Shown here: positions 11,598 through 24,412 of the stretch, piece after piece
Position numbering within the stretch: the first letter of the stretch is position 1
Layout: each line of letters starts with the position of its first letter
Source: Psilocybe cubensis
Lineage: Eukaryota
DNA: 64,000 bases
Assembly (NCBI GenBank): GCA_017499595.2
Contig: CM039001.1
Span: 1,860,001-1,924,000 of the forward strand
Reading direction: 5' to 3'
The notes under the pieces: model-generated
Told to the model about the DNA's origin: nothing
The model's input: the letters and a program-made list of their open reading frames with translations, nothing else
Database searches by the model: none
Made by a program: the position numbers and the translations under genes

Positions 11598-13379
11598 ATG
11601 CCAGCTCCTAAATCTAAAACTGCCTCCAATGCCAACGGTGCCCCTAAGGGAAAAACCGCTTCTACAAGCGGAACTGCTACTCCTGTCTCGGCCACTACCG
11701 GGGAGAAAGAGACGTTGGACCAGCTAGCAACATATGCTGGACGGCCAGACAAGAATGTGTATGACGCCGAGCAAGCCAAAATCAAATCGGAGATAGACGC
11801 TTTGCAGGCAAAACTGGTGCGTTTTTGTGTTTAGTCAAACCTGCTATCATGTTCTAAACTCATTGACGTCAGGGTGTTGTTCGTGACAAAATTGCTCTTG
11901 CCACGAAATCCGGTCCAGGAAACGACCGACGAAATGCTCTTCGCACTGAGCTTGACAGTATTCGCGACGTACAATCTGCGAATAAGGCGTCCAAAAGCAA
12001 ATTGGAAGACCAGGTTAAAATTCTTCAGGATGGTATACAGAAGAAGGTATTTACTCATTACCAACGCTCTCCTGTGTATACTAAAAGTAGTGTAGATTAA
12101 AGACCTGCAATCTGCCAAGTCAAAAATCCCATTCAAAACTGTCGCTGAAGTTGATGCCCATATTAAGTCAATATCTAGTATATCTTTTTGGTGTCTCATA
12201 TTATTGACATGATTTCATAGAAACCTGGAGAAACAGGTCGAATCCGGCAACATGAAGCTTGCCGACGAGAAACGAGCTCTCCAAGAAATTTCCACCAGCA
12301 AGAAAAACCGCAGGGTTGTGGAAGGATTCCAGACTGACCAAGAGAGCATCGAGGCAGATCGCGCCAAAATTGAAGAGCTTCGCAAGGAAATTTACAATCC
12401 TGCCGCCACCGCTATTTCCGAACGGTATACTGCCATTCGGGCTGAACTCGACCAATTGAAGAAGGAAAGTGACGAAGCCTATGCAGGCCGTTCGAAATTG
12501 TTCGAGGAGCGCGATAACATTCAAAATCAGCTCAAGGTTCTTTTCGATGCTAAGAGGGAGTCCATCACAAACTACCGGGAAGCCAACGACAGGTACTGGA
12601 CCAAAGTAAACGAGGACCGCGCCAGACGTGCCGAAAAGGCCAGGCTTCAGCGCGCCGCTGAGGAAGCGCAGAAGAAACAAGAGTACGCTGAACGTCTTCT
12701 TGAAGAGGCACAAGTACCTGCCTTCCAATCTCAAATTGAGGATTGCCAAACTCTCATTGATTACTTTTCTGGAAAATCTACTGTGGTTACTTACAAATCG
12801 ACTGGCCTCGCTACCAGGGCCGAGGTCACCTCGGTACCCAAGTTGGAACTACGAAAGGTGGAAGAAGCCCCTGAAGGACTTGTTGCTAGAAAAAAGAAAT
12901 CTGAGGAGGACGACACCTATTTCAAGGCCGCTAAGAAGGGCAAGAACAACAAGAACACGAAACCTGCCGTCAAGGCCAATGGCAATGCTAACGGTGCAGA
13001 GACGACACCAGTCGCTCCTACAAACACCTCGCTTAACGTACCTCTTCCTACCCTCGCCGCACTTCTCTCCCTTTCTATTCCTCCCCCTGCTTCAACGACC
13101 GATGTACCTCGATTAATCGAGGACTTGAACACAAAGAAGGCATGGTTCGAGGCTAATCAAGATCGTGTGACGGCAGAGAACGTCGCGAAGGCTACTGCTG
13201 CTATCCAGCGTTTAACGAAGGGAGAGACTCCCTCTACACTGGACACGTCATCACCTGCCGAACCTGAAAGTCCTTCCGAGCCTGTGCCTACACCTCAGGC
13301 TGGCCCTGCATCTGACCCAGTGCAGAGCGAAGCTGTCGTCGACCAACTGGAGGCTGTTGCAGAAACCGTTGAGAGCTGA
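11598..13379 (+). CDS. BFR1: Bfr1-like coiled-coil mRNP / nuclear segregation protein
   Basis: RPDKNVYDAEQ, KSKIPFKTVAEVDAHI, VESGNMKLADEKRALQEIS, PAFQSQIEDCQTLIDYF, LSIPPP...EDLNTKKAWFEANQ. Confidence 0.8.
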
Positions 13380-13816
13380 AGCAGGCTTACCCAGAAATTA
13401 GTGATAGCATAGATTATACACTTATCGGATATGATTTCGGCAGATTAATTTGTCTGACCGCCTACCATCTTACATTCATTTACGGAAAGAGAGGAAAAGC
13501 AAAGAAAGAGTGAGAGAAACTTTATTAAGTTAAATAAGAAAGGGATTGAGCACGGTTATTTAAGTATACCAAAAATCAAAATCCGCGGAGATCTCATACT
13601 CTGTACAGATATTAAAGGCCTAGAGAACGAAAAGAGAAAACAGCAGGAAAGAAGTAAACATCGATACAAGGGGAGTTTGTTGAGACTAAGCATATAGAAA
13701 CAAAATGGGCTAAGCACGGAACCCTGGACACAAGACCAGCGAGACAACAAGAAATAGACGTAAAAAGAAAGCGTTCGAGGAGCAAGACAAGAAATAAGTA
13801 AAATAAATTGTCAATG

Positions 13817-16800
13817 TCACGCAGCAGATTGTTCTGTTTTTACCGGCTCTGATTCATGGTCAGATTCACTGGCTGGTGTTACAGGAGCGTTTAGTCCGAG
13901 ATCCTGAGAGGTGAAACTTGAAACATCGAATGTACTCCCGGAACCACTGAAATCAGGAAAAGACAAGCTGGATTGGTGACCAGAGCCGAGGGCGTCATCT
14001 TGAGCAGCCGAGGTGTCCATGTACGACATGGGTCCGTAAGCATCTGAATTAAAGGCTGATGCAGCTGAATCAAGGGAGGTTGACCCATATGAATCGTGCT
14101 GAAGGGCAGCGAGCATGCTTGACGTGGTCGGTGTGTGGGCCATCAGATGCTGAGGCCGAGCATCCACTGACCCGAAGCTTTCCTGTCCGGCCATTGGTGA
14201 CATAGAGAAAAATTGTTGTTGCATGACCGGCTCCACCGAAGCGGCCACTGAATTAGTGGACAAGGCCACACTTCTCAAAACATTAACCGCGATCCAGTCG
14301 CTAAAAAAAAGAATGATCGAAATAGATCAAAAAACTGTCTGATGAAGGCTGTGAATGTCAATCACGCACTCGAGGAAGAGTTTCAGTATCTGGAATGCAC
14401 CGAAAGCAGGATCACTGCGAATTGTCTAGTATTGCAGGTTAACTGTGGTCCAAGAAGCAAGGGAATATTTTGAAGTACTCACAAGGTCTCTCATTACTTG
14501 ACTTGTAACATATCCCCATCTGATGAGAACACTTCGAGAACTCATGGTTCCTCTTTCTTCCTGTCCGTTATGACCAGCGTTGCGGCCGCTTCCCATCAAC
14601 CTTTCGCAACATTTGTCAGCCCAACTCATCACTTCGCGTACAGGCTCGTTGGTTTTTGGTAGGCTTTCCAACAGAGTGACGAATTCGACTTCGAGGAGTT
14701 GAACAAGATCTTCATGGCGACAATTGCAGACCAATGCAGATTGATTACGAACAGATTCAAAGTCAACCTTTTGCCATGATCTGCGCATTTCGCTCAGCTG
14801 CTTTTGATTGGTGAGAACAGTGTTCAAAGCCTGAGTAACCTGGTAGATATCCAGGAAGCGCACTGCATGCATTGATTGATGTTCAGCAAAAGAACACGAT
14901 CACTTCGGATAAAAAGATTTGGAAAAAAAAAACTCACAAACGAGATGTCCAAACCGAGCCCCGAGTTCAACCTTTGGCTCCACGAAAGTGTTATAATATC
15001 CTTCCAACGCCTGGAGGAGAACCTTTTCCATCTTGAGAGCGATTTGACGAAGAGCAGATAGTGAATTAGGAGGCAGCGGTGAAAGCATCTGTGATCGTAA
15101 CACCTCGAGAATTTCCTAATTTTAGAAGCACCAGTTAACCCCGTCAGGTGCGGCAAAAAGAAATCATACATACATCATAAACGATAGCATCTGCTCTTGC
15201 CATAAGACCAGCGATGGCCGGAACCTGTACAATTTCCCTGTGCACGCCATTCAAGTTTGGCCAAAAGGTGCGAAGCTGAATTTCAAATTGGTCTATTCGG
15301 AATGTTCGCACACTTTCAAGGAGCGTGTCGAGATGGTCCTGGAACCATCCCCAGACTTCTCGAGCAGCTACAGTGTGTGCAGAAGTGGAATTTGCGACTG
15401 CATCCTCAATAGATGGGAAGTGGGGTAAGTTGCGCACCGAGGTCGTTTGTTGAGGAGAAATATATGCTCCTGAATTAGGGGTCGACGGAGAGTGGGCCTG
15501 AAGTGTGAGGTTTGGCTCCTGTTGGGGGTGACGACGAATAGAAGCGTGGGGAGGGAAGGTGCCGGATGGGCGCCCCGCCGACTGCGCCTGGGATAACAAA
15601 GTAGCGGCTGTCGGGGTCTTGTCGCTCAAATCATCTGCGAAGGCCAAATGCTTGATCTCCCCTGATAGAGTGAGAGAGCTACGCTTGGAGCCAGGGACAG
15701 AGTTATTGCCCTCGGAATCGTCCTCTTCATCTTCGTCAGACCTATCCTCACTCCTAGTAGCAGACTCGGACTGGTCCTGACTGAGGCGAGCAGCATTGAC
15801 AGAAGCTTGGGCCGCATTATTATTTGATTTGTGAATATAGTCTTGAAGCCACTCAGCCTCGGCCGAGGTTGCGGGTCTGATGCCGCAATCTATCACACAA
15901 TGTCAGTATCTGAAAACAAGAATGAAAGCTGTCGTGCGAAAAAGACACCCACAATGATACTTGCTATTGCCTCTGACGCCCAGGCGCCTAGTTTTAATAG
16001 TCGGGAAACAAAGGCGAATGGCCTTGCCCAAAGTAGCGGTGTTGATGTGGGGGATACCATACTGGTCACAGACCCTGCGATAAGAAAAGTAGAGGCCCTG
16101 CCGAGGTACATTGCCATCAGGATATGGTGCGTAATTCGCACTCAACCTAAGAACAAGGGGGGAGGAGGTTATGTGTCAGGGGCGCGGTCAAAGCGAACTA
16201 CGGAGCGAACAATAAGGCACGGACCAAGCTTGGACGAAAATTTGTTTGGCTCTGTCTGAAGCACTTGTGGTGGTCGCTGCGCGGACGTTGGCGGCGAGTT
16301 TTTCCAGGGCATGGTCCGGGTTGATGGTCATCCTACCAAAGGCACCTGCGGTATGAATGGCCTCCTGGCTGGGTGCCATTGTTGGGGCACCTCCAAACAT
16401 GGACTGATAGTCAGGGGTAGAGTTTGCAAGATACATGGAGATGTCCTCGGTCTCGCTCGACGAAGAGTGTACGCTGTCTGTATCGCGGGGATAGGGAGAG
16501 ACAGCGACACGAGCACCGCGAATATGATTGTTGTTTGGACGAAGGGGACCCTTGAGCGCCGGATTCGCGAGATTGTGGTTCGGAGGGGGCTAAATGGACG
16601 AAAATGAGGGCAAAAAGAGAAAAAAAGAAAAAGAGAGACGAACGGGATCGCTGTGCATGATGCCCTGATGCCCCAGATGATAAGATGCTCTGTAGAGGTC
16701 GTCTGCGGATGGACCCAAGTTCTGCTGGATCCGATTGATGCTGCCGTGAGAGGACTGTGGGCGAGAATGGGAAGAATGGGTAGAAGAGGAGGAGACCGAG

Positions 16801-16880
16801 TTGGATCTTGAATGCTGGGGATGAGCTGGGAGAAAATCGAGAGGCGGCATACTAGACATGTGGAGATTGACTGCTGTCAT
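13817..16880 (-). CDS. RFX1: RFX winged-helix transcription factor (Sak1/RfxA/Rfx1-like)
   Basis: RFX DNA-binding domain QAWLSANY...VPRQGLYFSYRRVC...[34 protein letters not shown], followed by the dimerisation-type C-terminal region (WGYVTSQVMRDL|TIRSDPAFGAFQILKLFL). Confidence 0.9.
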
Positions 16881-17177
16881 GAAGGAAGAGATATGCGAAC
16901 GAAATCAAAGGACAGTGGGCTCCTGGATGGAGAAGGAGGCGGGCCAGCCGGACAGAAAAAAAGAGAGATGGACAAGGAAAGAAAGCAGGAGAGAGAGAGG
17001 TTGAGGCTCCCGCCGACAAAGATAATTGAGCGGAATGGCGGTTTTGAGAGTCGAGCAGTTCGGAATGAAGTTGGTTACCAGATCACCAGATGTGCTCACG
17101 AATGTAGTCAAGACAACAGCAGCTCTCTTTAGTATTAAAATACTTTCCCACAATTTACAAATACAGTCAACTGATCA

Positions 17178-19802
17178 TCATTCTCTTATCTCCTTCCTCT
17201 TCAAATACATGTATTTACGAAACCTCTTTCGCAGTTTCTGCCGTTTATCGTCCGCCAGTCGACCTGCAAGCCGTATCCAGGATCGAATCGTCAGGTCCTC
17301 CATTCCGTACGGTGCGTACCTGCTCTTCGCGACCCCAGGGTCTCGTAGTTCCTCAGGGAGAAGCTTCACGGGAACCGGGTATACAAATTCCCGCCCCTCT
17401 CCCTGCGGATGCAGCTTCTCCACTGCGTAGGTCACATACTCCAGCTCGACAAGAGGCCCGTGCGTCTTGTTCGCCAGCTCCAGCGAGGGCATAAAGTACT
17501 GTGTATTAGTTAGCGCCCCCGTCCAAATATGAGCTAATGCAACCGAACCTGTGCATATCCCAAGGGTGTCCACCTTTGATTCATCCTTGATGGAGCACTA
17601 GGGTCAGAGTTCCACGGTTGATCAAAATGACACCGCCATGTATTCTGATATTCTTCCGATTCGCACTGGACGGTTTTATTGCCTTGATCTCCCCGATGGT
17701 GTCCAGGCCTGCGTTTAGGTTTCCTCGGCTTCCGCCTCGCTGTCATGTGCGCCGTTGTTTCTGCGAGCCGCCCACCAGCGCCAGTCACGTTATATGAAAA
17801 TATTCTGAACGCTGGTGTATATGGGTTTGGTACGACAGACGGCGCGACATTAACAACCGCATAATCTGTCATTTCCGGTGATTTTGGCAGTGCTCTGTAA
17901 TCCTGCAGCAGGGAATTGAAGAGCCCCTTGTCACTCGTCATGTCCACCTCGCCATCGTTCTTGTCAGGGAAGATTTCCAGATCTACAGCCTCTAGAAAGA
18001 AAAACTGGAAGATGATGAGTAATCATTCCGGCAATGGATGTATGCAACCGTCCATCAGACGACGTGAAACTTACATGATCTACGTTCATGTGCTATAAAC
18101 ATAACCTGTCAGTAACAAAACAGATTGTTTAAGTCAACGCTCATACCCCGTACAAATGACCTAGAATGGTATCCTGAAAACGCAAAGCAAGTTCCACATA
18201 GCGAACGTACTGTCAACGACGGTTATCCATTAGCTATGATCCACGATGATTGGGATACTAACGCATTCTGGAAAGTAATTTCCGCGAGAGGGAGGTACAT
18301 GGCCTGATATAATCAAATTGTTAGACAGTTAGTTGAATAAAATGATATTGTTTGCAGCATACCTGATATCCAAACCTGATTAAATCAAGTTAGATCAACA
18401 GAAAATTGACGAGGTCAATGATGATTTTACCTGCATGCCCCTGTCGTGGTACATTTGGAGCTGCACCTCGAGCCAGTCGATTTGAAGATTCCCGGGATCG
18501 TTCGGCTCTGTGTAGGCACATCCAGATACAACTATAGGTATTGATTCAACCGGCCTTTGTCAGAGGATAACGATAGGCCAAAAGAAAAGAAATTGCACCT
18601 TTGTTTGAATCATAAAAATACATTGTGTTCAGGCTAATGACAGCCACTTCATCCGGGATGACTTCAACAGCATAGTATGCACCTCGCTGAAAGACCTGAA
18701 GATAGGGAAATGGAATAAAGGAGTCCCAAATGCTGTTGTCCAAATGTTGGGTTATGCTGTGAGTTGTAAGCAGGACGGCGGACTTACGAAGCAAAGGTAT
18801 TTGTGATACTGTTGGGGCCTATTTCAAGATTAAAATCAGAACAACTTGAAACATTAGGCGACAAATCATACCTGGAGCCAAGATGTTCTAACACGGGTAT
18901 GCAAGCCTTCAGTCAAATGTATAGCAATGCACCTAGACTAAAAATAACCTACATGTGCTGAGATGACGTTAGGACAACCGATATGCACACAAAATATCCA
19001 TGGACTTACGCCAGACATCGTTATTCCCTAGAAAAGAGCCCTATATATTTGGTCACTCGAATTTATGGAGCATTTCATGCCACGAACCGAGACTTGGAAC
19101 CACAGGAATCCCTTTTTTGACGAAAACGCTCTGCATTTTTGCGGCCACCGCGCGGTTGAGGTCATAGATTTCTGACGGTGTGCGAGGAACCTTGCGGTCA
19201 TTGTCATGCCTTGAGAAAAAAAATTTCAACAAAGTTCAGCGCTGCAGTGCTAAGTATAAGCATGCTGACCTGGCGCTATCTCCAGTCCCTAGCCCCTAAT
19301 TCAATCAACTGTGGCCACAAAATCAAGGAGGAATAAGACTTGCAGACAACAAAATCTATCTCATTTGCCCAATTATCCTCCAGATAGTCTAGTGTAAAAT
19401 TGGTAAGTCGAAAAGGCGAGTCGCATTCCCTGCGGTTAAATGAATGAGATAAGCGATGTGAATGATGACGTTGACGATTTATTACGACGCACGAATAAGG
19501 TGTCCCAAACAAATTGGCCTCGTCTTTTTTCTTTTTTGGCTTTTTCCTATGGCAAGCTGTTGATTGGGACGTTCTTGGAGCATAGTGCGGATCTGGATGC
19601 ATATCCGTGATGTGTAGAAAACGCCCATGTAACTTTCTCGGCTCTTTTAGGTGGGGGTGGGTGAGTGTTATTTGTAGCAACGAATGCGCTGATATGACTG
19701 ACTAGCTGAGTCTAACTGAAATGGGGTCTGGGTCGGGAAGGAAGCGACATTGTGAAGAGAACAGGTTGCGATTAGTAGAAGAAATGAGGTTGACCAGAAC
19801 AT
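17178..19802 (-). CDS. PPN1: Endopolyphosphatase (calcineurin-like metallophosphoesterase); many very short exons
   Basis: Signal/anchor MFWSTSFLLLIATC; LHGRFLHITDMHPDPHY, CDSP, GDSARHDND, VPSLGNNDVWPHN, GHVPP, GHLYGHMNVDHF, APSVVPNPYTPAFRIFSYN. Confidence 0.9.
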
Positions 19803-20192
19803 GAATGAGGCAAGACAAGTGAATGCCTGCAGGAAGAGCAGATGGATAAAGGAAAGGAGCTCGCACGTTCGTGCAATGGAAGAATCGTGTTGATGTCACT
19901 GTTAGAAAATTATGGCTTGCAAGCTGTATCATCTAAAAGCAGGATTTCACCGTATCTCCATTGGGAAATTTCCGAGGATTGTGATCCTTTGAGCTTGAGA
20001 AATTTACGCCGAGCAAAGATCAATTCTAAATATATAATGTGCTTTGAACGCCGATGGTCAACTGAGTATGTACAAAGGCCAGTAAGGAGTACAAGATAAC
20101 TAATACAAGACATGGACACAAGTGCGGTGGTATACAATACGGGAAAGGCAGGGCGACAAGAACGAATAAAGATAAGGAAAATGATGGCAGGC

Positions 20193-20800
20193 TTACTTCA
20201 GCCTGGTCGCGATAGGACGCGCATTATTGCATTCTTCGGAATCATGATTGGAATTGGAGGGCCGATGGAGAGCAAGGAGGATGTCGACATTGTCTCCGGT
20301 GTTGAGCACGTCGCGAATGGACTTTTCGGCGAGATGACAGACCTAGAAAACGAGACTAAAAAGTGAGCAAAAAAAAAAGAGAACAAGCACGGGGATAGAC
20401 GGACCCTACTGTACCCTCCCGTCTGGAGCTGCGAGCGACTGCTTGCAATGGCATTGTGGATTGCGTCGTAGGCGTATCTTCTCCTGAAGCAAAAAGCACG
20501 ATCGGTCAGCGGAAGAAATATGAGGAGACGAGGCCGAGATTACAGGATGCTCTCCAATTCGGCGCGGGTCCTTGGCAGAAGAAAGATGTCGCTGCCCGAG
20601 AGATAGCGGTCAAAGGCACGATAAGAAGCGCATCCCGAGATGAGAGACTCGTCGACGGAAGGCTGGTCTGTGTGCCAGTTGAAGCTGTTTTGGCTGTGGA
20701 CGCGTCAGCAAAGAAAGGGAGAAAGAGGACGGACGAGAACAAACCTGAGGTGGTAGTGAGCGGTGGCCTCTGGAGTGTGAGGAGCAAGAAGTCTGTCCAT
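20193..20800 (-). CDS. Uncharacterised 144-aa protein; 4 exons (20800-20745, 20693-20544, 20483-20405, 20342-20193)
   Basis: Three canonical GT-AG introns (51, 60 and 62 nt) join into one open frame MDRLLAPHTPEATAHYHLSQNSFNW...LRRYAYDAIHNAIA...GGYSRVCHLAEKSIRDVLNTGDN...ATRLK*. Confidence 0.8.
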
Positions 20801-21081
20801 GTAAGGATGACAAAGAGAGAGAGAAAGTTGCTGGGATTTATAGGATGACAAGGAGAACAAACGTGAGCTTGAAAGCACTGTCATTTTCAATTAAAACCCC
20901 GATCGGCCATAACCCAAATTCCCCACATTGCAAACGTGCGCCCGGCCCGAACGCATCATGCCGAATTCGGTTACCGCCGCCGCCGCCGCCGTGATTACGT
21001 TTCACACTTCACTCTGTGTCTTCGGCCTCAATCTACCCCACTCCTCCACTTCTCGCTTGGCATTCCTCTCTTCTCATCGTC

Positions 21082-23977
21082 ATGTCCGCGCTCTTGACAG
21101 TTCAACACCACGCTCGTCCTCTTTTTCTTCCCCAGGATCCAGTGTCCTCTCCAGTTTTCCGTTTCCTCCAAAGGGTTAACTCCGCTCACGCTCTCGCTCT
21201 CGCCTCCTATTTTGATCTCTATATTTGGTCTACCGCGCGACTAGACGCCTTCTGGGACTTGGTGTGGGACGAGACAAACATCATTGGAGTCAAGGGATCT
21301 CATGTCGTCGACAATACAGCCTTGCCATCCGCTAATCCTCTTTGGTCCGTCCTCCGACGTGTGTGTTGATTAATCTCATTCTTAATTGATCCATCTTTAC
21401 GTCCAGGTTCAAAGATGCACGCGTCAATTGGGCTGAGAACATGTTGCACTGCCGCTCAGAGCTTAGGATCGCTCTCATAGAAGCCAGTTGCGTGATTTCT
21501 GTCCATCGTAATTTGATACCGGAATCCTTGACGCCGATCTTCCAGTTGAGCCCACTCCGGATCTCCCAAATCCCCGTCTCAGGCAGCTCTCCTATGCTCA
21601 GTTGTATTCCCTTGTAGCAGACGCCGTCTCCGCCTTGCTTTTTTACGGCGTTAAGCCAGGGGATAGGGTCGCTTCTTATTCTTCTAATTGCATAGTTTGT
21701 ATCTCGTCGATTGGAGAAACGCATCCCAATTTATCCTTGTTCGCAGGAAAACGTCGTCGCTTGTCTAGCAACCTCTGCCATCGGTGCAATTTGGGTCAGC
21801 GCAGCTGCTGATTTTGGTCCTGAAGGCGTAAAAGAGCGGTAAGGTTGATGGTAGATATATTTTGTGCCCGACCATCTGATATCTATTCAAAAAGTTTTGA
21901 ACAAGTACAGCCCAAGTTCATTTTTGCCGTAGACGCAGTCGTGTACGTTACCATCCTATCTTCTACCATGCCTTTCTGGAACATACCCTTCGTTCGCCGT
22001 AGATACAATCACAAGGTTCACCCACACCTGCCCAAACTTTCACGTCTCCTGTCAGGCTTGGCGGATTTAATTTCCCCACCCAAAATCGTCATTATAAACA
22101 CGTTTTCTCATGACCAGACCAGTCAATCATGGGGCGAAGACTGGATTGCCTGGGAAGATTTTCTTAGCAAGGGCCATCAAAGTAACCTCGGTCGCACAGA
22201 AACTGGTGAGATCAAGTGGAATCGACTTCCCTTTGATGCTCCTCTTTGGATCCTTTTTAGCAGTGGGACCACTGGTCGACCAAAGTACGTTGCTTTCACA
22301 CGCATGCAATTCCCTAAAACAGAAACTTTTCCAGGCCTATTGTCCACCGAGCCGGTGGTATGCTTCTTCAGGCGAAGAAGGAGTTTGCGATTTGTGGCGA
22401 CCTTCGTCCTGACGACGTCTTTTTCTACTACACTACAACGTCGGTTAATTATTATCTCTGAGTTAATCGGTTGGTCCTATGACTCTGACATGAATCTTAT
22501 CAGGGGATGGATGATGTGGAACTTTCTCGTGAGCGGCCTTAGTATTGGTTGCACTCTCGTGCTATACGATGGCAGTCCGCTTCGGGATCCCAGTCTTCTG
22601 TGGAAGCTCGTAGATGATTTGGGCATCACTATTTTTGGGACCAGTGCCAAATATCTGGACCAGCTTTCTGTATTTGTTTTTTCTTATTCCATCATAACTC
22701 ACCACACCGATGATTGACTAGAAAGGTTATCGTCCTCGAGAACACCATGATTTGAGTACATTGCGACATATATATTCTACTGGATCTCCTCTTGCTCCTC
22801 CGTTGTACGATTATGTTTACGAACACATCCACCCCAAAGTTCTCCTAGGTTCCATTACAGGTGTGCTTCTTATGGTTGCTTATATATTCTTGTCATAATT
22901 TCTCAAGCAATCTTACAGGTGGGACAGACATTTGCTCTTTATTTGCCGGAATGTGCTCTGCCCTTCCAGTGTATCGAGGAGAGATCCAATGTAGAATGCT
23001 TGGGATGGCAGTTGAAAGCTTCTCTGCTGCGGGTACATTGAATCCACCAGATGAGCCTGGTGAACTCGTTTGTGTTAAGCCATTCCCATGTATGCCTCTT
23101 GGCTTTTGGCCATTGCCCGGATATGGGACTGAAGCTGATGTCGAGGCTGCTCTTAAACGCTTCCATCAATCCTATTTCTCAGAGTTCGAAGGAGTGTGGT
23201 GTGAGTGGCTGTCTTGGTGTCTCTTTCTGATATGGCAAGGAGCTCACAACGCAAAGACCACGGAGATCACATTCTAATTACAGCTTCCAAATCAGGGAAC
23301 GGGGGTGGCATAATCATGCTCGGACGTTCGGATGGTGTGCTGTATGCCTATTTTTTTTGTTTTCTAACTAGTCGCTGAGGAGCGAGTCAGCTGACTTGAT
23401 ATGGAAAGGAACCCCGGAGGCATTCGTTTTGGTTCTTCTGAGATTTACGAAGTTCTAGACTTGTGTTTTTCGCATCCTACTGCGGAGTTCATGGTCGTAG
23501 ATTACCTGGCCGTCGGCCAGAAAACAGAGGGAGGGGCAGACGAACGGGTTATTCTTTTCGTCAAACTTCCGCCGGGTCAAAAGATTACTCCCGAATTCGA
23601 GCGGAAGGTAAAGGCAGAAATCCGAGCGCGCAGAAGTCCACGGCATGTCCCCGCCAGGGTATGTATGTTTTGCACAATTGCACACGGTAAAAATAGACGC
23701 TTCAGCTGACATTCCTCCCCGCTCGTTCATGGCGCCATTGCAGATAATCCAGGTTTCTGATGTTCCGTACACACTCAACGGAAAGCGCGTGGAGGTCTTG
23801 GTTAAAAAGGTAAACATGCTGCATACACAACGCGTGTTCTCCGCGAGTTCTGAGTCACATTCGCAGATTATCAATGGTGCCCCATTGTCCTCCGTTAATC
23901 CGGCTACGCTGTCTAACCCCGAGTGCTTGGAATTTTACCACAATATTGGACAAGAGCTGCGACAAGAGTGTCCCTAG
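21082..23977 (+). CDS. AACS: Acetoacetyl-CoA synthetase (acetoacetate-CoA ligase)
   Basis: YFDLYIWS..DAFWDLVW, NWAENML, AMP-binding PLWILFSSGTTGRPK, GWMMWNFLVSGL, GTSAKYL, GGTDICS, GELVCVKPFPCMPLGFW, GRSDGVLNPGGIRFGSSEIY, RSPRHVP, PYTLNGKRVEV. Confidence 0.93.
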
Positions 23978-24412
23978 GCGCACTCGATGTATACCGAATA
24001 TACCCAAAATGTAGCCAGAGAATGCAGAAAACATGAGGTTTTGGAGCAGACTAGCGTAGAGGGCGGATTGTTGGCCACCGTGAGAGTTTTGATGTCGAGT
24101 TGATTGAGTGCTCTAAGAATAAATGTATGAGTGGCTGTGCTGTGCGCCTCGAGGCATGATAACTCCGTTCATGGAGGCCTCTTGAGGCCATCGGGCTTAA
24201 TTTTTCTCTTTCTTTCGGGTTTCCTCTCGACCTCGCTGTTCGCGCGTTTTCTGGAGGCTTGTCTGGTTGGCTTGTCTGTCTGCTGTCTGCTCAGGATATC
24301 CGGGTCTCTGTCTATCGTCCTTTATCATCACGTCCCCTTACGCTTCAGACCACGCATTCCCTGTTCCGGGGTTCATGTTCGCCTCGTGCCTTTAATTGCA
24401 TACTCTTTTATC

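Noticed and set aside
21082-23977. Adenylate-forming gene as an NRPS-like secondary-metabolite core
   Set aside because: Motifs match stand-alone acetoacetyl-CoA synthetase; there is no T or C domain and no tailoring genes nearby.
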